Part shown: positions 50,506 through 63,605 of the stretch, piece after piece
How the letters are laid out: each line of letters opens with the position of its first letter
Numbering within the stretch: the stretch's first letter is position 1
Assembly (NCBI GenBank): GCA_951406725.2
Contig: OX597814.1
Coordinates: 73,284,001-73,348,000, forward strand
DNA length: 64,000 nucleotides
DNA from: Octopus vulgaris
Lineage: Eukaryota
Reading direction: 5' to 3'
The notes under the pieces: generated by a model
The model's database searches: none
What the model was told of the DNA's origin: nothing
Seen by the model: the letters and a program-made list of their open reading frames with translations, nothing else
Position numbers and translations under genes: made by a program

Positions 50506-50849
50506 TATATATATATATATATATATACATATACATCTATATACAAACAATAGAGGGATGTTCTTGTTTCACTTTTAACACGTAAGACTGAAATAGTGAA
50601 GATATAATATTGCTGTGGGCTCGCCCTAGGCAAGAAGTTAAACATTTTTTTGCCCATGACACTCAATGGACCCTAAGTAAGGCATGTGTAAAATTTGAAT
50701 GATATTGGTTGTGTAGATCTCAAGTTTTAGGGATTCACACAGACAGACAGACACACATTCTCAGTTTTATATATATATAGATAAACATATACAAGTAAAA
50801 ATATACATATAAGAAAAAAAGATATATATATATATATATATTTACAGAC

Positions 50850-51035
50850 ATTTTGCTGGATGGCCGTTGACTGTTCAGGAGTTAATCTACCCTTTGACGG
50901 GTCTTATTTTTCATCACGCAGGGTGTTCAAAAACACCCTCCTCAGCAAGCAAGCCTGTGGGGTTGCCAGTTTAGTCGCCGACGACCCGACCATGCGTCAG
51001 GGTGTACTGGATTACATGTTACCAGTAGCACACTA
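50850..51035 (-). mobile_element. Probable RTE 5' UTR fragment
   Basis: GGCGACTAAACTGGCAACCCC motif and an HDV-like fold; abuts the plus-strand RTE body. Confidence 0.5.
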
Positions 51036-51039
51036 CTGA

Positions 51040-53200
51040 ATAGACCATCCTCCGTTGACATGAGAACGATACAAAAAAATTGAACACCTTCCAGTTACAG
51101 AAGAGATGGCATTTGAACCAACTCTAAATGACATTTATTTTGCTGTGAATAAGCTGAATAACAAGTCTCTGGGTCTGATGGAATCTGTGCAGAAGTCTTG
51201 AAATATAGGGATGACAAAATGCTTGAGCTCTTAAATATATTAATTTGTCACTGTTGGAGAACTTGAGAAAGTGCCTCAAGACTGGATTGATACCATTTTA
51301 GTCTCCTTGTATAAACCGGGGCTAAAAGATCTGTGTGGTAATTTTCGTGGGATTTCGCTTTTGTCTGTGGTTGGAAAGGTACTTACCCGCATTAATGTTT
51401 AAATACCTTTATGGTTCCAAATATAGTGTATGAGTCTCAGTGTGGTTTTCGTTCCTCCAGGAGCACAGCTGATTGTATTTTTACTGTCAGACAAATACAA
51501 GAAAAGTGCATTGAACCGAATCTTGTTCTATGCCATTGCTTTGTTGATTTGAGAAAAGCATTCGATAGTGTTAATCAAAATGCTCTGTGGCTAATTCTAA
51601 GGAAAATAGGTTGCCCAGAAAAGAAAATTGTAAACTTGATAGGGCTTTGCATCAAGATATGAAAGCTAAAGTTAATTTTGGTGGTAGGCTCTCTGAATCT
51701 TTCGCTGTGGAAAATGGAATAAAGCAAAGAGACCTTGCTGCACCAACCCCTTTGCAATATATTTTGCTGTTGTGTTGTCACATGCTTTTCAAAACTCTGA
51801 GGAGGGTATTTACATAAAATTATATCGAATAAAATAAAAATTATATCGAGCAACATAAAAGTTATATCGAACAACAGGGAATGTTTTCAATCTGACCAGA
51901 CTGAAATTCAAAACGAAAGTTTTTACTTCACTCATTTGGGAACTTTTGTACTCTGACGATTGCGATCTTGTCACTCATTCTGAAACAGATCTGCAATCTC
52001 TTGTATCTGCATTTGACTCGGCGTGTGATGATTTTGGCTTGAGCATCAACTTGAAAAAAAAAACAAAAAAAACAGTTGTAATGCATCAACCTGTGTGTGG
52101 TGCTGTTTGTAACCCACCTAAAAGTTTTGTTAAGGGAAAGTTACTTGAGGTTGTCGATTCGTTCGTCTACCTTGGAAGCTCTGTTCAAAATGATGGAAAT
52201 CTTGATACAGAAATACAGCTGCGAATTCAAAGGGTAACAAAAGCATTTAGTGGCTTGGAGTCACGTGTTTGGTGCCAGCGACATACAAATAAGAATACAA
52301 AGCTGGCTCTTTACTAATCATTTGTCTCACCATCCCTGTTGTATTCCTGTGAAACTTGGACTTGTTATGTAAGGCATTTTAAATTGTTAGAACAATTCCA
52401 CCAAAAATTGTTTTCATCGTATTTTAAAAATTAAACGGAGTTCTTTTACTCCAAACACAGATGCCCTTGCATCTGCAGGCATCACCTCAATTAAAGCTAT
52501 GATTTTGAGGAACCAATTGAAATAGTGTGGTTATATTGTTCGAATGGCAGATGAACGCATGCCGAAACAGCTGTTTTATGGTGAGCTTGCAGAGGGGAAA
52601 TACCTTCGGTGTAAACCTAAAAAAAGGTTTAAGGACGGCATAAGGACTACTATGAAGTCACTTGGAATGGTTTCAGAAGATATAGAAACCTTTGCTTCGG
52701 ATCGAGTTGGATGGCAAACAAAGGTGTGGAGTGGAGTGAAGTCATTTGAATAGACCAGGATAACACAAGTAAAACTCAAAAGAGATCTAAGGAAGAATGT
52801 AACGATCGAGATGGTGAATGACAATGACCTTTTTGTGTGCAGTCTGTGACAGACCATGCCTGTCTTTTGCTGGCCTCAAATCTCATCTGCAAACGCATGG
52901 AAAACAAACCTCCACCAACTATTCTGCCTATGTGTCTATGCACACCTTTGAATGCAATGTATGCCAGAAGGTTTGCAAATCCAACGGAGGCTTCAAGAGA
53001 CATTTTAAGATCCACAAAGAGCAGAACTTATCTGCAGCTCTTGGTGGTCCAAATCGGAGATGCAATCTACGTGGGTGTCTTTTTAGAACATTGTCTGGTT
53101 TAAAAAGCCACATCAGATGCCATGATGGTGCTAAGGTGTAGGCATAGGAGGTGGTCAAATTCTGCATAAGGAGTAGACAACCACGATGATGTATGTTTAT
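51040..53200 (+). mobile_element. 5'-truncated RTE LINE with three C-terminal C2H2 fingers
   Basis: NFRGISLL, ESQCGFR, FVDLRKAFDSV, YSDDCDL, FVYLGS, RMPKQLFYGEL, CAVC..HLQTH, CNVC..HFKIH, CNLR..HIRCH. Confidence 0.9.
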
Positions 53201-53206
53201 TGATGT

Positions 53207-53208
<2 letters not shown>

Positions 53209-53262
<54 letters not shown>

Positions 53263-53285
53263 TAATAATAATAATAATAACGATG

Positions 53286-53364
<79 letters not shown>

Positions 53365-53372
53365 TGATGATG

Positions 53373-53425
<53 letters not shown>

Positions 53426-53426
53426 C
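53209..53426. repeat. (TAA)n microsatellite
   Basis: Direct inspection. Confidence 0.97.
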
Positions 53427-53437
53427 CGTTCTAGTAA

Positions 53438-53634
53438 AGGCACAAGGCTTGACATTTTTGGGGAGGGGATTAATCGGTTACATCGACCCCAGTACACAAG
53501 TGGTACTTAAATTATCGACCCCGAAAGGATGAAGGAAAAAGTCGACATCGGTGGAATTTGAACTCAGAACGTAAAAACGGACGAAATACCGCTAAGCATT
53601 TTGCCTGGCGTGCTAGCGATTCTGCCAGCTTGCT

Positions 53635-53667
<33 letters not shown>

Positions 53668-53840
53668 AATAATGGTTTCAAAGACCAGCAAATTTGTGGA
53701 AAGGGACCAGTCGATTACATCGACCCCAGTGCTCAATTGGTACTTATCGATCCTGAAAGGATGAAAGGCAGAGTGAACATCGGCGGAATTTAAACGTAAA
53801 CGCGGACAAAAGGCCGCTAAGCATTTTCTCCGACGTTGAT
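53438..53840 (-). mobile_element. Two SINE family C copies
   Basis: Match 13936-14130. Confidence 0.8.
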
Positions 53841-54629
53841 AAAATGAACAATTCAAATTGAAAGATTAAGAAAAATAACTTTGAAATTATATACACGGTA
53901 TAAAATATTAACAAAAAGAAATGAAACACATGTACAAATGGTATATAGCTTAAAACAAAGTTAGAATGTTGATGCGATCCTCAGGATAAAGGAGAACCTT
54001 TAGAGTAAATCACGGATACCTTGAGCACCAAAGACGTGTGCCCTCTCAAGTTTTCCCTCCCTGATTTACAGGCTTATTACTTTGAGTGCCATTTCACTAC
54101 TCTCGTGGATTTTTCAGTAATTTCACTCGACGACAGCACATTTCTTTCCTCCCTCAACTTCCTATTCAAGCGAAATTTCTAAAAGTCAAGGAGTTCTCAT
54201 ACTTTTCAAACTCATCCGCCGCACAACCATTTTTTCTATAGCCACTAGACAGAAGAAAGCTGCCTCCGTGCTCGCTTAAGCAATGGCGGTGGAGTAATCA
54301 TTACGACAGACTCAACTGATAACCGCATCCATTCCTAACGCGGCAGCATTTGTTCAACATATCTCTAGAAGTCAGCAATACCCGAACACTAAGAGAGTGC
54401 CAGCAAAATTGTCTTAACTCTTGGTGTGCATCTCAGACAGGCCCATCTGACGGCATTTGTATACCTGTAGATTTTATCTCGAATCTGGAGCTCCGCTTAC
54501 CCCTCATTTACACTACCAGGTCATGGCTTTTAGAAATTATCCTTCGTAGTTTCCTATCCGAAAGGCCTCTGGGAAACATTAGCAAATTCGTTTTCATCGA
54601 CGAGAAAATTAGAGAAAGCTATACTTCTA

Positions 54630-55963
54630 TAGGGCGTCTCAAAAAATGTACTCACATTTTGACTCCCCATAACTCATTGAATTTTTAATTTCTATTCAGA
54701 TCAATTTGACCCTAATTATAGCAAAAGTACGATTAAATTTTGAAGAAAGAAAATTTGTCATTAAGTGCTATTGGAAGCACGAAAATATGGAAGTGCAGAG
54801 AAATATTGTATATACAAAGACCCACCGACACAAAGCACCATTGCTCGCACACGAGATGAGTTTGAATCTGATGGAACTGTGCATAACGTCCATAAGGAGT
54901 GTTCAGGAAGACCACAGTTATCAACCAGCCCGCAAAGAAAGAACAATTGCTGGAAACACTACGGCAATCTCCACAGAAATCTCCACGACAAATGGCTCAT
55001 GAGATGAGAATCCCAAAATCATACACCCATCTTATTTTACAGCGAGCTGGTTGCAAATGTTACACTCCAACATTAATCCATGCTTTAAATGAAGACGATC
55101 CTGACCGGAGAGTTGAATTTTGTGAGTGGTATCTAGGCAAATGCAAGGAAGATACAGTATGCAGCATTTACATGCAAGATTGTTTGGACTGAAAAGGTTA
55201 GTTTTAAGTTACATGGCTCAATTAACCGACGCATTTGCATCTACTGGGCCACTGAAAATCCGCATAATACCAAGCAACACCATTTGAACTTACCAGGTAT
55301 TATAATGTGGGTGGGGATATCAGTATTGGGTATCCTAGGGCCTTTTTTTTTTTTTACCAAACTGTCACTGGTGATGCTTATCTAAACTTGCTGCAGGAAT
55401 CCGTCGTTCCATGTGTCGAAGAGCTATTTACTGATGAAGAGATTTACATTCAGCAAGACGGAACACCTCCCCATAACCATCGTAATGTAAGGACCTATCT
55501 CGATGAAACTTTTACGAACAGACGGATTGGGCGAAGAGGTAATGTTGAATCCCCTGTGCGTTAACCAGACTTCTTTTGGACTTTCTTTTTATGGGGCTAC
55601 CTCAAAGATAAGGTTTACCGCTCAAAACCAGCAACAGTAAATAACCTGAGAGAGGACATTGAAAGACAATGTCTCGCAGTTCCAAATAAAATGATGCGCA
55701 ACGTTTTTGAGTCCATCGGTCCGCGGTATCGGTTGTGTTTGGAGAGCGGTAATCATCAGTTTGAACATTTACAAAAATGCTTTTATCCATTTTGCGTTTA
55801 ACCATTAATCATTGTCAATAAACAATGTATTTATTGTCATTTAAAGAGTGAGAACATTTTTGACCATGTATTTGCAAATTTGAACTATTAATCCTGTTTC
55901 TATGTCAATAAACACTGCATTAATTGTCATTTAAAGTGTGAGTACATTTTTTGGGACACGACG
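54630..55963 (+). mobile_element. IS630/Tc1/mariner DNA transposon relic, full span
   Basis: Imperfect TIRs TAGGGCGTCTCAAAAAATGTACTCACA / TGTGAGTACATTTTTTGGGACACGACG flanked by TA; transposase pieces [64 protein letters not shown]. Confidence 0.9.
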
Positions 55964-56267
55964 TATAATCATGACAATTCGCATGCCCCACCAAAAGACA
56001 TAAATGGACACGTGCAGGCTTAGCGTAACTAATATATATATTATATATATATAGCAATAATAATTCTCTAAATGAGATATAGACAGTGACTGCTCCATAA
56101 TATAAGGGATATTAGCCAACTGAATATGGCTAGGGACAGGGCAGGGTGGTGGGGGTGTCACTGTTGCATTTAGCCCCAGGCGAACATCAACGTCACCAGA
56201 TAGGCCGACGCCATCACGGCGTCCTCTATCTTGCAAAGGGAGATCATCCACCAAGAAGCGGATACCA

Positions 56268-56313
56268 CACACGGACCTAGGTTTCAAGGTGTATTGCCTA
56301 TTATCAACGTGTG
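56268..56313 (-). ncRNA. Minimal hammerhead ribozyme (U3-A8)
   Basis: CACACG TTGATAA T AGG CAATACA CCT T GAAA CCTAGG TC CGTGTG. Confidence 0.82.
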
Positions 56314-56812
56314 GTAGGCATCGCTTCTCGATGAACGACCAACCGTGCAAGATATCTATAAAGATTTTCAAGTAAATACATTTACTGATTTCGAAAATCT
56401 GTTCGACAGCAATAATAATTCTCTAAATGAGATATAGACAGTGACTGCTCCATAATATAAGGGATATTAGCCAACTGAATATGGCTAGGGACTGAATATG
56501 GCTATGTATCCGCTTCTTGGTGGATGATCTCCCTTTGCAAGATAGAGGACGCCGTGATGGCGTCGGCCTATCTGGTGACGTTGATGTTCGCCTGGGGCTA
56601 AATGCAGCAGTGACACCCCCACCACCCTGCCCTGTCCCTAGCCATATTCAGTTGGCTAATATCCCTTATATTATGGAGCAGTCACTGTCTATATCTCATT
56701 TAGAGAATTATTATTGCTGTCGAACAGATTTTCGAAATCAGTAAATGTATTTACTTGAAAATCTTTATAGATATCTTGCACGGTTGGTCGTTCATCGAGA
56801 AGCGATGCCTAC

Positions 56813-56858
56813 CACACGTTGATAATAGGCAATATACCTTGAAACCTAGGTCCGTGTG
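56813..56858 (+). ncRNA. Minimal hammerhead ribozyme (U3-A8)
   Basis: CACACG TTGATAA T AGG CAATATA CCT T GAAA CCTAGG TC CGTGTG. Confidence 0.82.
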
Positions 56859-57149
56859 TGGTATCCGCTTCTTGGTGGATGATCTCCCTTTGCAAGATAG
56901 AGGACGCCGTGATGGCGTCGGCCTATCTGGTGACGTTGATGTTCGCCTGGGGCTAAATGCAACAGTGACACCCCCACCACCCTGCCCTATCCCTAGCCAT
57001 ATTCAGTTGGCTAATATCCCTTATATTATATATATATATATAATCAGAAAATGGAGAAAACCTCAGATGAACAAGCACATTGATTGGACGACATTTATAG
57101 CTTATTTTCTAATACAAAGCATGGCATAACAAAAAGGCAACGTAACATA

Positions 57150-57223
57150 TCTTACGGCCGTTTCCGTAAACCAAAATGCTGTCTATAAATAAATGCGACA
57201 ATAAAATCCTTCATCTTCAGAGG
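57150..57223 (-). ncRNA. Degenerate hammerhead with long loop II
   Basis: CCT CTGAAGA TGAA...TTTACG GAAA CGGCCG TA AGA; palindrome ACGGCCGT; stems I and II weak. Confidence 0.5.
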
Positions 57224-59263
57224 ACATTCTAATTAAGGCACGGAGCTTCATCAGAGTAAAAAATAAGAGCATGCAATATAAAGAAATGGAAGAAGGAAAA
57301 GGAAAGAAAACATGGCCTAGAAAAAATGTCTAGAAGTCCAATATGTTAAAAGCATATAATTTACCATCTAGGGGCTACGAGGTTCGTAGGTAAAAGACTG
57401 AACTAGTAATGGTCGAGGAATACTACAATTTATTAACAAGTAGATGCAATTTAAAGTGTGTGTGTGTGTGTGGGGGGGGGGGGCAAGCATAAGTCCAGCG
57501 ATCTCTACAATTGGTCTGTTATAATTTGAACCGAGGTCACAGGTTAAAACCGTTACAATGGATTTGTCTATAAAATAAACAAGTAAAGAAAAAGTTCCGG
57601 GGAAGAAGTCAATGATATAGGTGGTGTGGGGTCGCTTATGTCCTTCAACATCTTAATGTTATAACCTGCATGAGGGAAGAGTGAACAGAGAAAGAATCTA
57701 CGGGTTGTGGTTAAGGGGAGGCAACTAATACTGGTAATTCAGCGATTCAATTAAGGCTACTAGAAAATGAAATTGTGGTAATAATTAGATATGTGCCTGT
57801 ACGCAAGAAAAATCCATCTTATAGGTACACTACAATGCACAAAGAAAAAGGCACTTACAATTAGGCGGTTAATATTTAAGACCAAACCACAAGTTGAATA
57901 TTATCAAATAATAAAACTCCCTAGTTGTCACAGTATACTAAATATGCTCAATAAGCATTGCATAGTCATTAAAGTTATATAGTTCCTATTATGGTAAAAC
58001 AATTTAAAAGAGTATATTAGCACTATATGAGTACAGTTAATGCAGATTAGTACTCTGGGAAAAGTTACCTTAAATCAAACAATTTACTAAACATACTTAA
58101 AAAGCAATAACAAATACCCTAAGATAAGAATGAAATGCTAATTAAACCTAATCATTAAAATTATAAACATGCATATTAACTGAAAGTGGGTGCAAAAAAT
58201 ACTATTACAACCAACAGGCTCTGCTTATATTACATTACCCTCAAAATAGATATTCCTATCAGTAAAATCTAATAATTTAAAAATTATAGTCAAATAACTC
58301 TAAGTGGGTGCAGCCATACAATATCAATTAACGGGCAACACATACCGCTCTACATAGTACAACAAATTTTTACAAATATCTCCTGGTAAGCCCAACTAAC
58401 ATAGTTCCACAAACAAACAGACATATACAATGTTAGGTGGGGGAGGGTGGACATAGAATACAATAAAATAAAGAAAAAATAATATATAATAAAAAATAAA
58501 ATGAAAAAGATGAATAAATCAAACATGGGGGAAATATTGTTCGCATATATGTAGGGCTAATAATGTACATTAAAATGGAGGAAGGGCAGTGAATGGAAGA
58601 AAGAACAAAAAGTTAGTAGCGAAATAAGTCCAAATTCCTGCAGGTGTCGACAAATTCATCCATGGTATAAAAGGTGCTAGAGGGTAAAGAAAACAAGTAA
58701 GATAGGAAAAGCTAAAATTTAAATTTAAATAAGATTTAGGATTTGAAGTGGTTATTAGGGGTAAAAGACTATATGGTAGGAAACCTAAGGTCTTTGTGTT
58801 CTCGAATCAGTTATGATAGACATAATAGGCATTAATACAAGGGGTTAGGTGATGATAAAATGGGGGAAAGGTTAGTTGGTATAAGAAATAGGTAATAGAT
58901 ATGGGGGAATAACATTTAAAACTTAGGAAAAGGGTAAGAGGAAGGGCTGGTTATTTGAATACCTACAAGAGCCTCGGTTATTCCTAACAAGACCCACTAT
59001 AAATTAAGGAGTAATATATATATAACCTACATTAAACTATCAGGGGCTACTATTTGTATACTGTGGGGGTTATAAATACTATTATGGGGTAGTATAAGTA
59101 TTTCTAGTGTTATTTATATTTATCGAAAGCAGACCTCGCTTTGTGTAGGCAAGCTACACTTCATTAATCTCCTTGAAGTGTTCTTAGGAGGAATTGGTAT
59201 GTCTCCTTTAGGGGTGGGTCAGTCATAATTTTCTCCATATTACCGATAGTATTAATTTTACTA

Positions 59264-59302
<39 letters not shown>

Positions 59303-59788
59303 CTGAAATGCGAAAAAGTTGTTTGTCTCATTTTGGGATGGGAATAGTTTAAGGGGCAGTAGATGGGGTTGGATTGGCTCAAAAATTTACAGAGACATGT
59401 AAAAAGAGGCGAGGAAGCGACGGACTAGGTTAGAAACCCCTATCTCAAAAGCTGTGGTTACTAGGGCAACAAAACCCAGACTTTGACACGTGTTTGTCGT
59501 CTGTCTTCCTCCATCTCTCTCTTTCCTTCCTTCCTTCCAATTTCTCTCTATAACGACGTTTGACAGCTTCGTCTCTCTCTCACTCTTTCTCCCACCACCT
59601 CTCTCACTGTTGGTCTGTCTGTATCTATAGAGAGGAAGCGTTTAAATATTCCCGCCACAGGTCTTTTAGAACTGTGAATTATTATCTCCCACCACCACTT
59701 CACAATCATAACAGATATTATTAATTAGATATATTGTATGAATTTATATATATATATATGTGTGTGTATATATCTATATATATGTGTG

Positions 59789-59842
<54 letters not shown>

Positions 59843-59884
59843 CATGTATATATATAATGCGTATATATGTACATATTTAATGCG

Positions 59885-59919
<35 letters not shown>

Positions 59920-61203
59920 ACAAGGGGGACCTCCGTCGAACGAAAGCTGTTACGGAATCCCCCACACAGGCCCGTTCGATCAGCGAATATTTTCGCCACG
60001 GAAACTCGGAGAGGAGAGAGACAACGACAACAACAGCAGCAGCACAGAGATACAGCGGAGGCAATCGAGAGAGACACAAAGAGGCAAGGCAATTGGCTCA
60101 CATTTAATAACTAGTTTATATGACTATTACAATTGTTACAACATCAATTACATATCAAGATACATCAAAGCATTTAAACATGCAAGTAACAACACATCAA
60201 CACATCACAGCATTTAAAGAAAACAACATGCAGATACAATATATCAAATGCAATAACAACAGCATTTCAAGAGTACACATCGAATTAAACAACAAGTCAA
60301 TACATCATACCACAGATCAAAGCATTTAAACTGTCCGGAGACAACAGTTCTGTTTCAAAACATATTAAAGGCATATACAATGTTCGTAGACAAATAAGTT
60401 CACGTTACAAATCAATGTTCAATTCACAACAGTTCACATTGTTCATTAAATTCCTTTTTAACAACTCTGTACACAATGTCTTTACACATTTCAATACATC
60501 GCTCTTTTCACTGTCTCATTTCTTTTCAACAGTCTCTTTACATCGATTCTTTTTCCTTCTTTTTCTTCACATATCAATACACAATTAACGTACCTTAGTT
60601 CCTACTAGAATAGCCAGTGTCTCATATTGCACCTCATCTCTCTCAGTACCGCTAACTCCAACTTGCTAAACGCTTGCCCTGAATTCCAAAATCCTCGCTC
60701 CTAAATCCAACCGCTCACCTTGACGACCAAATACCGACTGCCTCTCAATCTCTCCGGCCGGAACTGATCTACAGACTCCCAGCTCTTTTTTATAAGGTAG
60801 TTTCCCTGACCCTTTCTTGACCGGCAAAAGGGGTAGGGGTCCCTCCAAAAGCCATCCCTCTTCCGTGAACAAAGGACTATAACTTTTTATTCCAGACTTT
60901 GAGTCGCCAAGCCAGCAAAGTAGGTCAAGAAGTACTGTACCAGCCGAACCACAACAATATATATATATATAATGTGTGCATATGTGGTCGGATTGAGCTG
61001 AAAATATGCACACCTATGTTAAAAGTGCTAGCGAGTTTGCATGCCAACTTTGAGTTTGTTCAGTTGAAAGGCATGGCCTCTAGGCCAAAATTCCTCATCT
61101 TTTAAAATGTGGCCCGCGTAGACCCGAAAGAAATCAGGTTATAATACTGGAACAAGTAAAACAATAAACTATTTTAATCCCGAGCAAGGCCGGGTATATC
61201 TGT
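59264..61203 (+). mobile_element. Probable non-autonomous Helitron containing a solo LTR
   Basis: (TA)nAAGCTGAAATG start; CCCGAGCAAGGCCGGGTATATCTG end resembles the 45071 terminus but lacks CTAG. Confidence 0.45.
59916..60956 (-). mobile_element. Solo LTR (~1040 bp)
   Basis: TGTT...AACA termini, ATAT on both sides, TATAAAA on minus strand near 60790, no internal coding sequence. Confidence 0.65.
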
Positions 61204-61207
61204 CAAA

Positions 61208-61697
61208 TCTATAAAATGAAGAAGGCGAGCGTTGATACAAGTTGGATTTTTATGTAAAAAGGGGTCTAAAGGGGCTGGAAGGGGATTAAAATTTACAGGA
61301 GGGTAAATTGAGGTGAAAAATTGATTGGGAGACGTTTTGGAGCGCTACAGTGGTTGTTTTGATGTGAAAACGGGGATTTTATTGATTTTTGGGGACACTT
61401 GGAGGTTTAGATTGGACACCTTTTGCTCAATTTCAATCAAATTTTCAACATGGTAAAGTGGAAACAGATTTGTAATTTAAGCGCAGAAATGTATTTTTTT
61501 TATAAATGGGAGATAGATTGATAGAAAAAGATAGAGAGTAAGAGAAAGCGAGGGAGAGTCCGAGAGAAAGGAAGAGTAAGAGAGTGGGAAAGTGAGAGAG
61601 AAAGGAGAGAGAAACAAAGAGGGAGAATGTGGTGATAAGAAACAGAAAGTAACAACCACACTCTCACCCGCGCGTAGAGCGGGTCACCCTAATCTAG
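61208..61697 (+). mobile_element. Short non-autonomous Helitron
   Basis: A|TC start; ACCCGC GCGTAGA GCGGGT hairpin 9 nt before CTAG|T. Confidence 0.7.
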
Positions 61698-61732
61698 TAT
61701 ATATATATATATATATAAATATATATATATAG

Positions 61733-61850
61733 TTGAAATTTACAGAAAAACAAAAGACGAAGACAGGTGAATAAACAACAAGCAGGTGTATTAGTTTGAC
61801 GCCCGGGAAGGTAAGAAAGACTTTTACGTTTCGAGCCTACGCTCTTCAAC
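61733..61850 (-). mobile_element. pLTR-like fragment starting inside a hammerhead core, in (TA)n
   Basis: Minus strand GTTGAA GAGC GTAG GCTC GAAA CGTA AAAG; related piece at 29710-29780. Confidence 0.55.
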
Positions 61851-62322
61851 ATATATATATATATAAACATACATTAAGCATGTTTTTAGAGATAAGAAGA
61901 AGTAGGCGCCACTCATGATGTATGTGCAAGTAAAATAGACGTATCAGTTAAACATTGGTATTGTATCATATTTATCATCAACTTATGGGATTTGAGAAAT
62001 GAAGAAATGAAAGGAAAATAATATAATACGCGTGGAAGATAGAAATAATATACAAGATGATTCCTTTTAACTGCTGATCAACCTTGCCATATACTCTATA
62101 ATAACTACTTGTATGAAGCAGAAATTCTATACTAATTTCTTGTTGCCCTTGGGTGATATGTTGCCCGAGCTTTCAAAAGAGAAATAAATGTTCTAACCGA
62201 ACTGGTAGTTAGTATGGAAACAATCAAATAGTAATTGGAATACACGCAATATTATCTATATGTATTTATTTGTATTGCGTGTGTTTATGTGTATATGTGC
62301 ATGTACGTGTAACGTGTTTGTA

Positions 62323-62411
<89 letters not shown>

Positions 62412-62491
62412 GTCCGTCTGTCTGTCTGCCTGCCTGCCTTCCAGCCTGTCTGTCTGTCTGTCTATCTAGCTATCTATCTATCTATCTATCA

Positions 62492-62554
<63 letters not shown>

Positions 62555-62555
62555 A
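62323..62555. repeat. (TATC)n/(TGTC)n microsatellite
   Basis: Direct inspection. Confidence 0.95.
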
Positions 62556-63549
62556 ATGTTTGTGTGTGCGAAGTCACATAAAATGTAATATATTTCCATG
62601 CTTAACGGCGGATGTATGACTTTACATGATATTTGATATTGACCAGTAAATTATTATTCTTTCATAAACATTATTTATGTGTGCCAGCCGTCATTCTCGG
62701 ATGTTTTGTACAATAACGAGCTTTAAGTAGTATGCACTCGGTTAATATGGTCTGTGCAAATATAAACGTAATGTATGGATATCTATTTATGTTTAATTTT
62801 GGGGAAAATATACAAACATACCAAAATACCGAGAATGTCTATAAAATATACGTGTACACTCAATATATATACAACAAAATAAGCCTTTTATTGATGAATA
62901 TGAATGCTGAAACTATTTTGTTAGAAACCAAAATCTGCACAATAGAATCGACCTAGTGTATTACTGGTACTTATTCTATTGATAGATCACAATGGAAAGT
63001 TAACTCCGTACGTAAAAGGGTTTGATTTAATACTATGAGGCATCTTATCGGGTAATCTACACTATCCGCTATTCGTTCGCACTTACAGATGTTGATACGG
63101 TAACGTCTTTTATATGTAAAGCAGTTAGTTGAGAAAGCTCGATTTACTGTGATTATCCATGTAATTCATAGGCCAGGAAACAGCGCACAATATACGCAAG
63201 ACACTGTCAATTCAGTAGTACAACCCAAATAAAACAATCCACAAAATCAAGACACTCTATACAGCCAATAATCAATAAAATAAACAACGCCTTCACAAGA
63301 TGTAGTCCATAGGTCGGCCACCCACCAGAAGAACACAACTCGCATTACATACGCAAAACAAAATACAAACACTCATACAACAAAAGACTCAAACCAAAGC
63401 CCATAAAACAAACTGATGCAATGCAATATCTGGAAGAGTTTGTACACCCCCACCAAAAAAAAATGAATAAAAGAACGCACAATGCTGCTCACACCTTAGC
63501 AACACGGAGGTGTTGCAGGTGATACAGTAGAAATTTATCAGAAATTATC

Positions 63550-63605
<56 letters not shown>

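Larger units (their letters stand above)
56053..57030. mobile_element. Retrozyme/pLTR-like element: 355 bp tandem units in both orientations, head-to-head, in (TA)n
   Basis: AGCAATAATAATTCTC at 56053 and 56408 (minus array); GTATCCGCTTC at 56506 and 56861 (plus array). Confidence 0.88.

Noticed and set aside
53950-54600. Unique, slightly GC-richer stretch; ORF 54350-54688
   Set aside because: No motif or structure I can support; needs conservation data
55931-57129. Repeated 124-146 aa ORFs
   Set aside because: Incidental frames with TTG starts across the 355 bp tandem unit; no protein motif
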